This document shows, in pieces, positions 1-8,818 of a stretch of DNA of 26,325 bases (position 1 is its first letter; the number at the start of each line of letters is the position of its first letter). Below the pieces are notes generated by a model. That model was not told the DNA's origin. It ran no database searches and was given only the letters and a program-made list of their open reading frames with translations. A program made the translations under genes and the position numbers. The DNA comes from a virus (taxonomy: Duplodnaviria; Caudoviricetes), in the IMG/VR virus record IMGVR_UViG_3300030331_003157, positions 1 to 26,325 of that record. One strand, written 5' to 3'.

Positions 1-324
1 TCAATCGTTTGCAAAGAATTATATAACAAAAAAATGCTCTTTGAGGTGGACTTAGGATTGTTGGCGGCTTATTGCAACGAAATAGCTTTATATATTGAAA
101 CGGAAAAACACTTGAGAGAAAAAGGGAGGATTCAATATTTTTATAATGATGACGGTTCTGTCAAATATTCGCAAAGCGTTCCTGAGCAAAAGATTTCAAG
201 AGACGCGTTAAATTCTGCGTTACGTTTAGCTCGTGAGTTTGGATTCACTCCGTCCGCTCGAGCCTCAATTCCAAAACCTGATATTAACGACAAATACGAT
301 GACGATTTTAAATTCTTTGAATGA
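1..324 (+). CDS. terS: Terminase small subunit, P27 family (5'-truncated by the window edge)
   Basis: Frame is open from base 1 (SIVCKELYNKKM...). It has 'DLGLLAAYC' and the C-terminal 'EFGFTPSARASI' typical of P27 TerS, and overlaps the TerL start. Confidence 0.92.
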   Translation, partial: SIVCKELYNKKMLFEVDLGLLAAYCNEIALYIETEKHLREKGRIQYFYNDDGSVKYSQSVPEQKISRDALNSALRLAREFGFTPSARASIPKPDINDKYDDDFKFFE

Positions 325-1889
325 TGAAAAATGAATATTATCTTGACGAAGCTGAAGCAAAAAGAGTTATTGCTTTTATAGAAACATTTTGCTCTCATTG
401 TAAAGGCAAATTAAGCGGAGAGCCTTTTATATTGGAGCAATGGCAAAAAGACGAAATTATAGTTCCTCTATTTGCAATGAAAAATAAAAAAACAGGATTA
501 AGAAAATACAGGACCTGCTATATTGAAATCCCTCGGAAGAACGGAAAGACCTCGCTTATTTCTTGTATAGCTTTATATTGTCTTTTCGCGGATTCAGAAA
601 GAGGCTCAGAAATAATCTCCGCAGCTAACGACAGAGCTCAGGCTAGTTTATGTTTTGAGATAGCAAGACAAATGGTTTTAAATAATAAGCAATTAAATGA
701 GAGAGCAAAAGTTTTCAGAAATTCTATTGTATATGAAAAAAAGGGTAATTATTATAAAGCAATTTCTGCTGACGCTTTCACTAAGCACGGAATGAATTGC
801 AATGTTTTAATTTATGACGAATTACATGCCGCGAAAAATCAGGAGTTGTGGGATGTCATGACCACATCACAGGCAGCGAGAGACGAACCTTTGTCGATTG
901 CTATTACAACCGCGGGATATGATAAAAATTCGTTTTGTTATCAAATGAATGATTACGCAACTAAAGTAAAAAAAGGAATTATAAAAGACGAAACATTTTT
1001 GTCTGTTATTTATGCCGCTGACTTAGACGATGACTGGACGAAAGTTTCAACATGGAAAAAAGCAAATCCGAATTATGGTGTTTCTGTTAATAAAGATTAT
1101 TTAAAACAGCAATGTGAGAAAGCAAAAAAGCTCCCAAGTTTTGAGAACACTTATAAGCGTTTACATTTAAATATATGGACTACTCAGGACGTTAAATGGA
1201 TAGGGGACGACAAGTGGGAAAAATGCAATTTGAGACCAATTGATTTAGAACATTTAAAAGGTCGCGAATGTTGGGGAGGTTTAGATTTAGCGTCCGTCTC
1301 CGATTTAACAGCCTTAGTGTTATTGTTTCCAATGGATGACGGAACGTTTGACATTTTAAATTTTAATTGGATTCCTGCGGAGAACGCTTATCAAAGGACT
1401 TTAAAATATGGGATTCCTTTTGACGTATGGATTAATGACGGTTTATTGTATTCAACAGACGGGGATGTTACTGACTTCGAAGCGGTAAAAAATAAAATTT
1501 TAGACTTATCTGAAATATATAATATTAAAAGCATTGCTTTTGATAGGTGGTCAGCTTCCATGCTAGTGAACGATTTAATCGGAGAAGGAGTTAATATGAC
1601 TCCTTACGGTCAGGGTTTTGCGTCAATGTCGTTTCCTTCAAAACAATTGGAGCGTTGGATTTTAGAGAAAAAAATTAATCATGGAGCAAATCCTTTGCTA
1701 AGGTGGCAATTTTCTAACGTTCAAATACAGACAGACGCGTCAGGTAATATCAAACCAAATAAAGCAAAATCAAAGGAAAAAATTGACTCGATAGTTAGTT
1801 TAATTATGAGTATAGGCGATTATATGAACGACAATAACAAACCTAGCGAAAAAACTATTTATAATGATGACAATATAAAGTTTATATGA
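321..1889 (+). CDS. terL: Terminase large subunit (Terminase_1, HK97/cos-type)
   Basis: LEQWQ adenine-binding motif, Walker A IPRKNGKT, Walker B LIYDELH, coupling motif ITTAG, nuclease GGLDLAS and KIDSIVS. Confidence 0.97.
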   Translation: MMKNEYYLDEAEAKRVIAFIETFCSHCKGKLSGEPFILEQWQKDEIIVPLFAMKNKKTGLRKYRTCYIEIPRKNGKTSLISCIALYCLFADSERGSEIISAANDRAQASLCFEIARQMVLNNKQLNERAKVFRNSIVYEKKGNYYKAISADAFTKHGMNCNVLIYDELHAAKNQELWDVMTTSQAARDEPLSIAITTAGYDKNSFCYQMNDYATKVKKGIIKDETFLSVIYAADLDDDWTKVSTWKKANPNYGVSVNKDYLKQQCEKAKKLPSFENTYKRLHLNIWTTQDVKWIGDDKWEKCNLRPIDLEHLKGRECWGGLDLASVSDLTALVLLFPMDDGTFDILNFNWIPAENAYQRTLKYGIPFDVWINDGLLYSTDGDVTDFEAVKNKILDLSEIYNIKSIAFDRWSASMLVNDLIGEGVNMTPYGQGFASMSFPSKQLERWILEKKINHGANPLLRWQFSNVQIQTDASGNIKPNKAKSKEKIDSIVSLIMSIGDYMNDNNKPSEKTIYNDDNIKFI

Positions 1890-2101
1890 CAATATACGAC
1901 AAAACAATCTTAAAATTAATCTCATTTGAGGGGTTTAATCAAAGGTTTGAGCAGAATATGAGGGTCTGTAATACTTATAAAAACGCTTATTTAAAGACCG
2001 AGGAGCAATATAAGGATGTTTTTGGAGAGAAAAAATATGCAAGTTATGACTCATTTCGTATAGTTAGAGCAAGAAAAATGAAAAAAAATAAAAAAAAATA
2101 A
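1886..2101 (+). CDS. Small hypothetical phage protein coupled to TerL
   Basis: ATGA overlap with the TerL stop. 71 aa with a KYASYDSFR motif and a basic tail. Confidence 0.75.
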   Translation: MTIYDKTILKLISFEGFNQRFEQNMRVCNTYKNAYLKTEEQYKDVFGEKKYASYDSFRIVRARKMKKNKKK

Positions 2102-2145
2102 CAGATTAGATTCTATATATTTGTTAAAAAACTCTATTTATTTTG

Positions 2146-2175
2146 TTGATAATTAAAAAAAAAGTGTTATATTTG
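2146..2175 (+). promoter_or_regulatory. Bacteroidota/Flavobacterium housekeeping-sigma promoter
   Basis: TTG (2146-2148), 19-bp spacer, TATATTTG (2168-2175), matching -33 TTG / -7 TAnnTTTG. A second TATATTTG lies at 2116-2123. Confidence 0.75.
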
Positions 2176-2201
2176 AATATTATTAAACAAAACAAAACAA
2201 A

Positions 2202-2489
2202 ATGAAAAATAAAATTAAAACAAATAAAATTCTAGAACTAGCAAGCAAAGTTATTTTAAATGGAAACGCCGAGATTTTAGTTAGTCGCATGAATAACTTA
2301 GAAAGAAAGATTGAAGACAGAGAGGATGTCTTATCTCAAATGAAAGAACAACAATTTGAATTTTACAATCAATTAGAAGTAGAATTATGGAAAGCTGAAT
2401 TATTACTTTTACAAGGGAGACTAGATTTAGTTAGACACCAATCAAAATGTCATGCAATAAAAACAGAAACGACAGAAAAAACAAATTAA
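2202..2489 (+). CDS. Hypothetical coiled-coil protein (moron ORF1)
   Basis: 95-aa ORF behind the promoter, with leader AAACAAAACAAAACAAA-ATG. Confidence 0.75.
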   Translation: MKNKIKTNKILELASKVILNGNAEILVSRMNNLERKIEDREDVLSQMKEQQFEFYNQLEVELWKAELLLLQGRLDLVRHQSKCHAIKTETTEKTN

Positions 2490-2508
2490 TAATTAAAACA
2501 AATACAAA

Positions 2509-2634
2509 ATGGAAAATTTAAAAACAATTAAAGAGATTAAATATGAGTTATGGTTTGACAAAGGTTACGACTACTCATATCTTAATAAGATTAGTATTCC
2601 TGAATTAAAAGGAATTTATTATTCACACTATTAA
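2509..2634 (+). CDS. Small hypothetical protein, 41 aa (moron ORF2; not in the ORF track)
   Basis: MENLKTIKEIKYELWFDKGYDYSYLNKISIPELKGIYYSHY*. Leader AAAACAAATACAAA-ATG; fills the gap between ORF1 and ORF3. Confidence 0.7.
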   Translation: MENLKTIKEIKYELWFDKGYDYSYLNKISIPELKGIYYSHY

Positions 2635-2645
2635 AAACAAAACAA

Positions 2646-2831
2646 ATGGGAAAATTTAAAGACATGTCCATAGAAATTCAGAGAGACGAAAGGTTAATGC
2701 CTACTCAAAAAAAACTATTAAAAACAGCAAACATGGTGCAGCTTTTAAATGAATTAAGAGACGTTAAGTTGTTTAAAAAAGAATTAGAGAAAGAGATAGA
2801 AAAAAGAATAAAAGAAGAAAATAATATTTAA
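2646..2831 (+). CDS. Small hypothetical protein (moron ORF3)
   Basis: 61 aa, leader AAAAACAAAACAA-ATG, charged helical C-terminus. Confidence 0.72.
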   Translation: MGKFKDMSIEIQRDERLMPTQKKLLKTANMVQLLNELRDVKLFKKELEKEIEKRIKEENNI

Positions 2832-2872
2832 AAATATTTTCCTAAATTTAGGAGATTTTGTTTTGTATTGAG

Positions 2873-2900
2873 GGGAGATTTTTTAGTCTCCCTTTTTTTT
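2873..2900 (+). terminator. Intrinsic terminator
   Basis: GGGAGA...TCTCCC stem followed by T8. Confidence 0.85.
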
Positions 2901-2955
2901 AAATATGTAACAAAGTTACTTGTTTTTAAAAAATATATTTATATATTTTGCTGTT

Positions 2956-4242
2956 ATGGGAATAATAGACAATATCAGAAACGTTTTTAAAAGAAATTAC
3001 AGTCCTGAAAATCCTTCAAATCCAATTATACCGCCTTTAGATTACGGTCAGTCAACATCCTCGGGAGTTGATATTAACGAATCTAACTCGTTAACGTTGG
3101 CTGCGGTTTGGGGTTGTATAAGAACCCTCTCAGAGTCGGTTGCTTCGTTACCGATAAACGTCTATCAAAGAGACATGCAAACGGGAGGACGAGACGTTGC
3201 TTACGCTCATCCGATTTATAATTTATTACATAATGCACCTGCAATGAACATGACTTCATATTGTTGGTTTAATACAATGATGTTAAATTTGTGTTTATAT
3301 GGCAACGCTTATGCTCATATTAAGAGAGATAAAAGCATGAGACCAATTGACTTAGTTATCTTAGACCCTTCAAAAATAAAAGTTACTTTAGTTAAAGGAG
3401 AGAAATTTTATGTTCAAACTTATGAAGGCAAAAAAATAACTTATTCAGATAATGAAATAATCCATATTTTAGGATTGTCAACAAACGGATATATAGGAAA
3501 ATCTCCAATTTCTGCGGCTAGAGAAAACATCGGACTCGGTATAGCGTCACAGCGTTACGGGGGTGCGTTTTTTGGGAACGGTGCTTCGTTGTCAGGGGTT
3601 TTAGAACATCCTGCAACTCTATCAAAAGAAGCAATGGAAAGACTGGCTCACACATGGAATCAAAAATATAGTAACAATGGAGGAGCTAATGCTCATAAAA
3701 CAGCAATCTTAGAAGAAGGCATGAGCTTTAAAAATATATCAATTCCGCCAAATGAAGCTCAGTTCATAGAAACAAGAAAATTCTCAGTTGTTGAAATATG
3801 CAGGATTTTTAGAGTGCCTCCTCACTTGGTTATGAGTTTAGACGCTGCGACTTATTCGAATATTGAACAGCAGTCTCTCGAGTTTGTTAAGTATACGCTT
3901 TATCCTTATTTAAGAAATTGGGAACAAGAGTTAAATAAAAAATTATTTAAAGAAAACGAAAAAAGTCGATTATATTGTGAGTTTAAAGTTGACGGATTAT
4001 TGAGAGGAGATTCGAAAAGTCGTTCTGAGTTTTATAGAACTTTATGGAACATGGGAGTTATTTCACAAAACGAAATCAGAAGTTTTGAAAATTTAAACGC
4101 TATTGAAGGAGGAGACAAATATTATGTTCCATTAAACATGACTCCTGCGGACGCTCTAAAAGAGCCGACAGAATCAGTCGAGACAATAAAAGTAGATGAG
4201 GAGAAATCAAAAAAAGTTAATAACCGAAAAAAGAAAAAATAA
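2956..4242 (+). CDS. Portal protein, HK97 family
   Basis: AVWGCIRTLSESVASLP, LCLYGNAY, GKSPI, ILEEGM, EICRIFRVPPHLV, SNIEQQ, NEIRSFENL. ATG 2956 preferred over the TTG at 2920. Confidence 0.96.
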   Translation: MGIIDNIRNVFKRNYSPENPSNPIIPPLDYGQSTSSGVDINESNSLTLAAVWGCIRTLSESVASLPINVYQRDMQTGGRDVAYAHPIYNLLHNAPAMNMTSYCWFNTMMLNLCLYGNAYAHIKRDKSMRPIDLVILDPSKIKVTLVKGEKFYVQTYEGKKITYSDNEIIHILGLSTNGYIGKSPISAARENIGLGIASQRYGGAFFGNGASLSGVLEHPATLSKEAMERLAHTWNQKYSNNGGANAHKTAILEEGMSFKNISIPPNEAQFIETRKFSVVEICRIFRVPPHLVMSLDAATYSNIEQQSLEFVKYTLYPYLRNWEQELNKKLFKENEKSRLYCEFKVDGLLRGDSKSRSEFYRTLWNMGVISQNEIRSFENLNAIEGGDKYYVPLNMTPADALKEPTESVETIKVDEEKSKKVNNRKKKK

Positions 4243-6221
4243 TGCCTTACGTTAATTTTAATGTTGCTAGAGTTAGAAATAATAATGATTTCAAACAGGA
4301 TTCATTTAGGACAATAAAAGGAGGAGAGCATATGTTTCCAAAAGCGGGACTTGTTGTCGTGCCTGACGAAATCAGAGTTATTTCAGGACAGCTTAAACAA
4401 GTAGAAAATGAACAATATAGAGCTCCAATGGAGTTATTGTTTCCAATTGACAAATATCCCGCAGAATCGGACGTCAGGACATGGCTAGAAGACGAAAATA
4501 TTGAAATGATTAATTACTATCCCGCAGGAGAAGGCAAAATGGATGATGAGGAGGAGGAAAGAGCTTTAGAGGATATTGATTTAACTCCGACAGACGCAAT
4601 GATTAATGAGGCTAAAAAAGGTTTGGAATGGAGAAAAGAATTTAACAGAGGAGGGACAGACATCGGAGTCGGCACAGCAGAAGCTATTATTAACAAATCA
4701 ATCACTTTAGACAGAGTCAAAAGAATGTTTAGTTATTTTAGCAGACATGAAGTTGATAAAAAAGCCGAGGGTTTTGAATACGGAGAGGACGGGTTTCCTT
4801 CGAACGGTCGTATTGCGTGGGCCTTATGGGGAGGAGACGCAGGTTTTGAATGGTCACAAAGAAAAACAGAGCAAATAAAAGACGAGGAGGAGAGAAATAT
4901 ATATTTAGTAATGGGATGTTCATGCTCAGGAAAATCAACTTATATAAGAAACAACGCAAAATCAGGAGACTTAATTTTTGATTTTGACAAAATACATCAA
5001 GCGTTAACAATTAGCGAGAAACATCAACACAATGATATTATTAAAAAATATGTTTTTGAAATTAGAGACGCAATTTTCAATAAATTAAAAAGAGATAATA
5101 ATATTAAAGCATGGATAATTAATTCGTCTCCATTAAAAGACGTTAGAAAAAAATTAGTTAATCAATTAAACGCAAAAGTTATTTATATTCAAAGAGACAA
5201 AGACGACTGTTTAAAAATCGCAGAAAACGAAAGACCTGAAGAATATAAAAATTATATTAATAATTATTTTAATGATTTTGACGGTTTTGATGATGACGAA
5301 AATATTGAGATTATACAAATAGATAAAAAAAATCTAACGACACAAGAAAAAACAAACAAGAGAGACATTATCGGATATTTAATAACAGACGGAATTGAGC
5401 TTCCATTATTTGAGACAATAGAAGAAGCTCAACAAGAAGCCGAAAGATTAGGCGGGAACGGTTATCATGAGCATAAAGTCGATGACGTTATTTATTTTAT
5501 GCCTTTTGAAAGTCATGCAGAAGCAATGAATGTTTTAAAAGAAAATAATATCTCTGAAGAAAAAAAAATAAAAGAATATAATAATTTTAAAATTAATAAC
5601 ATGGAAAGAAGAATATTTGCTAACGAGTTTCGTGTCGTTGATGACAAGAAAAAGAAAAATAAAAAAATAATCGGATATGCTTCAGTTTTTTATAATGAAG
5701 AAAAACGTTCAGAATCAGAAAATCTAGGAGGTTTTTATGAGCGTATAAATCCGAGAGCTTTTGATAAAGTTATCGAAGAAAAACAAGACGTCAGAGCGTT
5801 GTTTAACCATAACGCAGATTTAGGCGTTTTAGGTCGCACAACATCAGGGACTTTGAAATTAGAAGTTGACGAAAAAGGTTTGAAATATGAGATTGACACT
5901 CCTGACACTCAACTAGCAAGAGACTTAGTTGCTTCAATGGAGAGAGGAGATATTTCTCAAAGTTCATTCGGTTTCACAATTTCTGAAAACGGAGATTCTT
6001 GGGACGAGGATTCTGACGGGAGAACTATAAGAACAATCAATCAAGTTGAACAGCTGTTCGATATTTCTCCAGTTGTATATCCTGCATATACTGACGCTTC
6101 AGTTGCATTAAGGAGTTTTAATAACTACAAAGAAAACAAACAAAAAACAGAAAACACGAAAGAAAAAACAGACTTACACGAGAGAAATTTAAGAGAATTA
6201 AAATTGAAAATAATTAAATAA
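4242..6221 (+). CDS. Multidomain HK97-type prohead protease (protease in aa ~454-659; four N-terminal domains including a P-loop kinase-like domain)
   Basis: C-terminal IGYASVF, LFNHN (His), SSFGF (Ser), DISPVVYPAY. Walker A GCSCSGKS at 4914-4937. Lies between portal and capsid genes. Confidence 0.9.
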   Translation: MPYVNFNVARVRNNNDFKQDSFRTIKGGEHMFPKAGLVVVPDEIRVISGQLKQVENEQYRAPMELLFPIDKYPAESDVRTWLEDENIEMINYYPAGEGKMDDEEEERALEDIDLTPTDAMINEAKKGLEWRKEFNRGGTDIGVGTAEAIINKSITLDRVKRMFSYFSRHEVDKKAEGFEYGEDGFPSNGRIAWALWGGDAGFEWSQRKTEQIKDEEERNIYLVMGCSCSGKSTYIRNNAKSGDLIFDFDKIHQALTISEKHQHNDIIKKYVFEIRDAIFNKLKRDNNIKAWIINSSPLKDVRKKLVNQLNAKVIYIQRDKDDCLKIAENERPEEYKNYINNYFNDFDGFDDDENIEIIQIDKKNLTTQEKTNKRDIIGYLITDGIELPLFETIEEAQQEAERLGGNGYHEHKVDDVIYFMPFESHAEAMNVLKENNISEEKKIKEYNNFKINNMERRIFANEFRVVDDKKKKNKKIIGYASVFYNEEKRSESENLGGFYERINPRAFDKVIEEKQDVRALFNHNADLGVLGRTTSGTLKLEVDEKGLKYEIDTPDTQLARDLVASMERGDISQSSFGFTISENGDSWDEDSDGRTIRTINQVEQLFDISPVVYPAYTDASVALRSFNNYKENKQKTENTKEKTDLHERNLRELKLKIIK

Positions 6222-6239
6222 TTTTTAAAAATTTATAAA

Positions 6240-7496
6240 ATGAGTAATATAAATAATTTAAAAGCGATTAAAGAGGACAGAGTTTCTTTAGTTCAAGAAA
6301 TGGACAACATTCTTGAGACTGCGAAAAAAGAGGACAGAAATTTGTCGAAAGACGAACAAGTTAAATGGGACGGATTATATGAAAAAGAAGCAGAACTAAG
6401 AAAAGCAGCGAACACTTTAAAAACGCAAGACGACTTAAATAAGTCATTAGCAGCAGACTCAACTCCTGTAAAGGATGACGTTTCTGTTGACCAAAAAGAG
6501 GCAAGAAGTGCCGCTTTCAATAAATACATCAAAAGAGGTTTTCAAGGTTTGAACGCTTCTGAAAAAAAATTAGTTGAAGTGAGGGGCACAGCGGCTCAAA
6601 CTACTGCGACTGATTCTTTAGGCGGTTACATCGTGCCGAAATCATTTTCGGATGAATTAAACGTGAAATTACAGGGAGGTTTTTCTTCTGTAATGACAGC
6701 AGGAGCAAGACATGGCTCAATCATAAACACTGCAACAGGTTCTCCATTGTATTATCCAAACACTTCGGACACTACAACAGGAGCAATGATGACAGAAGGC
6801 TCTGCGGTTGCTGTTTCTGACATAACTTTCGGAAACACAATATTAAACGCTTATACGTTTACGTCTAAAGTTGTTAAAATATCTAAACAGTTATTAACTG
6901 ACGAAGGTTTTAACGTTAACGATTGGTTAGTTGACATCCTTGCTAGAAGATTAGCGAAAGGTATAGATGAGCAACTAACAGGAGGTTCAGGTTCATCTGC
7001 TCCAACAGGTATTAACAATGCGGCAACTGATTCAGGTGTTGGTTTTGGAGCAGACACTCCAACATTAGCAGAGTTAAATGAGGTTTATCATGCAGTTAAT
7101 TCAGCATATAGAGGAGCTAATTCTTGTTGGTTTATGACAGATGGTTTATGGAAAAATATCAAACAAATGACAGTTAACAGCAATTTAATTGCTAATGCTG
7201 ACATTTTAAGCGGTGTTAGACCATCATTTAGCGAGGATGGAAATGCAGGGGTTATTTTCGGAAAGCCTGTTTATTTGAATGAAAATCTTTCAGCAGCAGG
7301 TGCTTCTGGAGGCAAAACAATGGTATTCGGAGATATTTCTCAATACAAAATCAGAATGGTTGGGCAACCTCAACTTCTTAGATTAGATGAGAGATATGCT
7401 GACGAGTTAAACGTTGGTTTCATTATGTTCCATAGATTAGACGGTCAATTGGTTACAGCAGCAACTGACGCTTTAGTTTATGCAACAAGAGACTAA
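6240..7496 (+). CDS. Major capsid protein, HK97 fold, with N-terminal delta (scaffold) domain
   Basis: Coiled-coil N-terminal ~115 aa, then GGYIVP, VKISKQLLTD, IFGKPV, VFGD, RLDG motifs. Confidence 0.95.
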   Translation: MSNINNLKAIKEDRVSLVQEMDNILETAKKEDRNLSKDEQVKWDGLYEKEAELRKAANTLKTQDDLNKSLAADSTPVKDDVSVDQKEARSAAFNKYIKRGFQGLNASEKKLVEVRGTAAQTTATDSLGGYIVPKSFSDELNVKLQGGFSSVMTAGARHGSIINTATGSPLYYPNTSDTTTGAMMTEGSAVAVSDITFGNTILNAYTFTSKVVKISKQLLTDEGFNVNDWLVDILARRLAKGIDEQLTGGSGSSAPTGINNAATDSGVGFGADTPTLAELNEVYHAVNSAYRGANSCWFMTDGLWKNIKQMTVNSNLIANADILSGVRPSFSEDGNAGVIFGKPVYLNENLSAAGASGGKTMVFGDISQYKIRMVGQPQLLRLDERYADELNVGFIMFHRLDGQLVTAATDALVYATRD

Positions 7497-7511
7497 AAAT
7501 AATTTAGATTA

Positions 7512-7700
7512 ATGATTAAATCTGTAATTATTAAACAATTTGAGAGAGGGGGAAACACTTATTTTCCGACTCAGGAATTAACTTTCCCTCCGTCTCAATT
7601 TATAGAATATTATAAATTAGGTTTTGTGAAACCATTAAAAAGAAAAATTGAAAAAAAAATTATAAATAAAGAAAAATCAATTATAACAAATGGAATATAA
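7512..7700 (+). CDS. Small hypothetical protein after the capsid gene
   Basis: 62-aa ORF filling the capsid-adaptor gap, with a basic tail. Confidence 0.6.
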   Translation: MIKSVIIKQFERGGNTYFPTQELTFPPSQFIEYYKLGFVKPLKRKIEKKIINKEKSIITNGI

Positions 7701-8298
7701 AAACGTTGGCGTATTTAGCAAAGTGTTACACACCGCAGCGACCTCAGAACCGATTGCGTTATCAGAGGCAAAATTATTTTTAAAAGTTGATACTTCTGAC
7801 GATGACGCGTTAATCGGAACGATTATAAGCTCAGCAAGAGAATACGTTGAAAACTTCACAGGTTATCAATTGCTTTCGGCTACATATAATCAATATTTAG
7901 ACAAGTTTCCTTATGGTAATGTAACAATTGAGCTTTTGGCGAATCCAGTTTCTGCGGTTACTCATGTTAAATATTATGACTCTCAGAATACTTTGCAAAC
8001 TTGGGACACTTCAAATTATGATACTGATTTAAAAGGCAAACCCGCGAGAATTACTCTAGCTTATAACTCAACGTTTCCGACTACTTACGAAAGAACTAAC
8101 GCTGTTGAAATTAAATTCGTTGCAGGATATGCTTCAACATCTGCGACAGGATTTCCAAAACAATTATTAAATGCAATGTATTTAATTATCGGGCATTTAT
8201 ACGAAAACCGTCAGGAGGTTATCGTTGGAAAAACAGCTTATAAAATACCGCAGGGAGCAGAATCAATATTAAGACAATACAGAATTTTTAATTTTTAA
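7690..8298 (+). CDS. Head-tail adaptor (HK97 gp6 / phiE125 gp8-like)
   Basis: EPIALSEAKLFLKVD..DDALI..AREYVE and LIIGHLYENR motifs. Confidence 0.92.
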   Translation: MEYKNVGVFSKVLHTAATSEPIALSEAKLFLKVDTSDDDALIGTIISSAREYVENFTGYQLLSATYNQYLDKFPYGNVTIELLANPVSAVTHVKYYDSQNTLQTWDTSNYDTDLKGKPARITLAYNSTFPTTYERTNAVEIKFVAGYASTSATGFPKQLLNAMYLIIGHLYENRQEVIVGKTAYKIPQGAESILRQYRIFNF

Positions 8299-8302
8299 CA
8301 TT

Positions 8303-8818
8303 ATGGCTAAAGGACTTCCATTAATGAAAAAAGGTTTATTGACAGCTGAACTTGTTGACAATGACGATGTTAAAAAGTTTTTAAAAACACTCCCTGAAGG
8401 TTATAAAAGACGTTTTTTAATATCTATATTAAGACAAAACTCAAAACCATTTATTAAAGCGGCAAGACAAAACCTATCAGCTTCAGTCGAAGGACAGTCA
8501 ACAGGATATTTAGCAAAAAGTATAGGATTTAAAGTTAAAAGAACTAAAAACAAAGACGTTGTTTTTGCAGGAGTTAGACCAAATGCAAACAAAAAATATT
8601 CAAAACAAAAAATCGGAAACGAAGAAGTCAGGACAGCTTCTTATGCGGTTGGTATTGAGTGGGGCATGTATAAAGGCGTTTTCTCGGGTTTTGGTTACAT
8701 GAGGAAGGCTTATGAGTCTCAAAAAGCCTTAGTTCGAAAAAACATGGTTAAAGACGCTCAGGAGGTTATCGAAAAAAGAACAAAAAGAATGTTAAAAAAC
8801 GGTAAATATAAAAGATAA
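8303..8818 (+). CDS. HK97 gp10-like neck/tail completion protein
   Basis: Basic protein with TGYLAKSI, YAVGIEWG and YMRKAYE motifs, plus synteny. Confidence 0.8.
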   Translation: MAKGLPLMKKGLLTAELVDNDDVKKFLKTLPEGYKRRFLISILRQNSKPFIKAARQNLSASVEGQSTGYLAKSIGFKVKRTKNKDVVFAGVRPNANKKYSKQKIGNEEVRTASYAVGIEWGMYKGVFSGFGYMRKAYESQKALVRKNMVKDAQEVIEKRTKRMLKNGKYKR

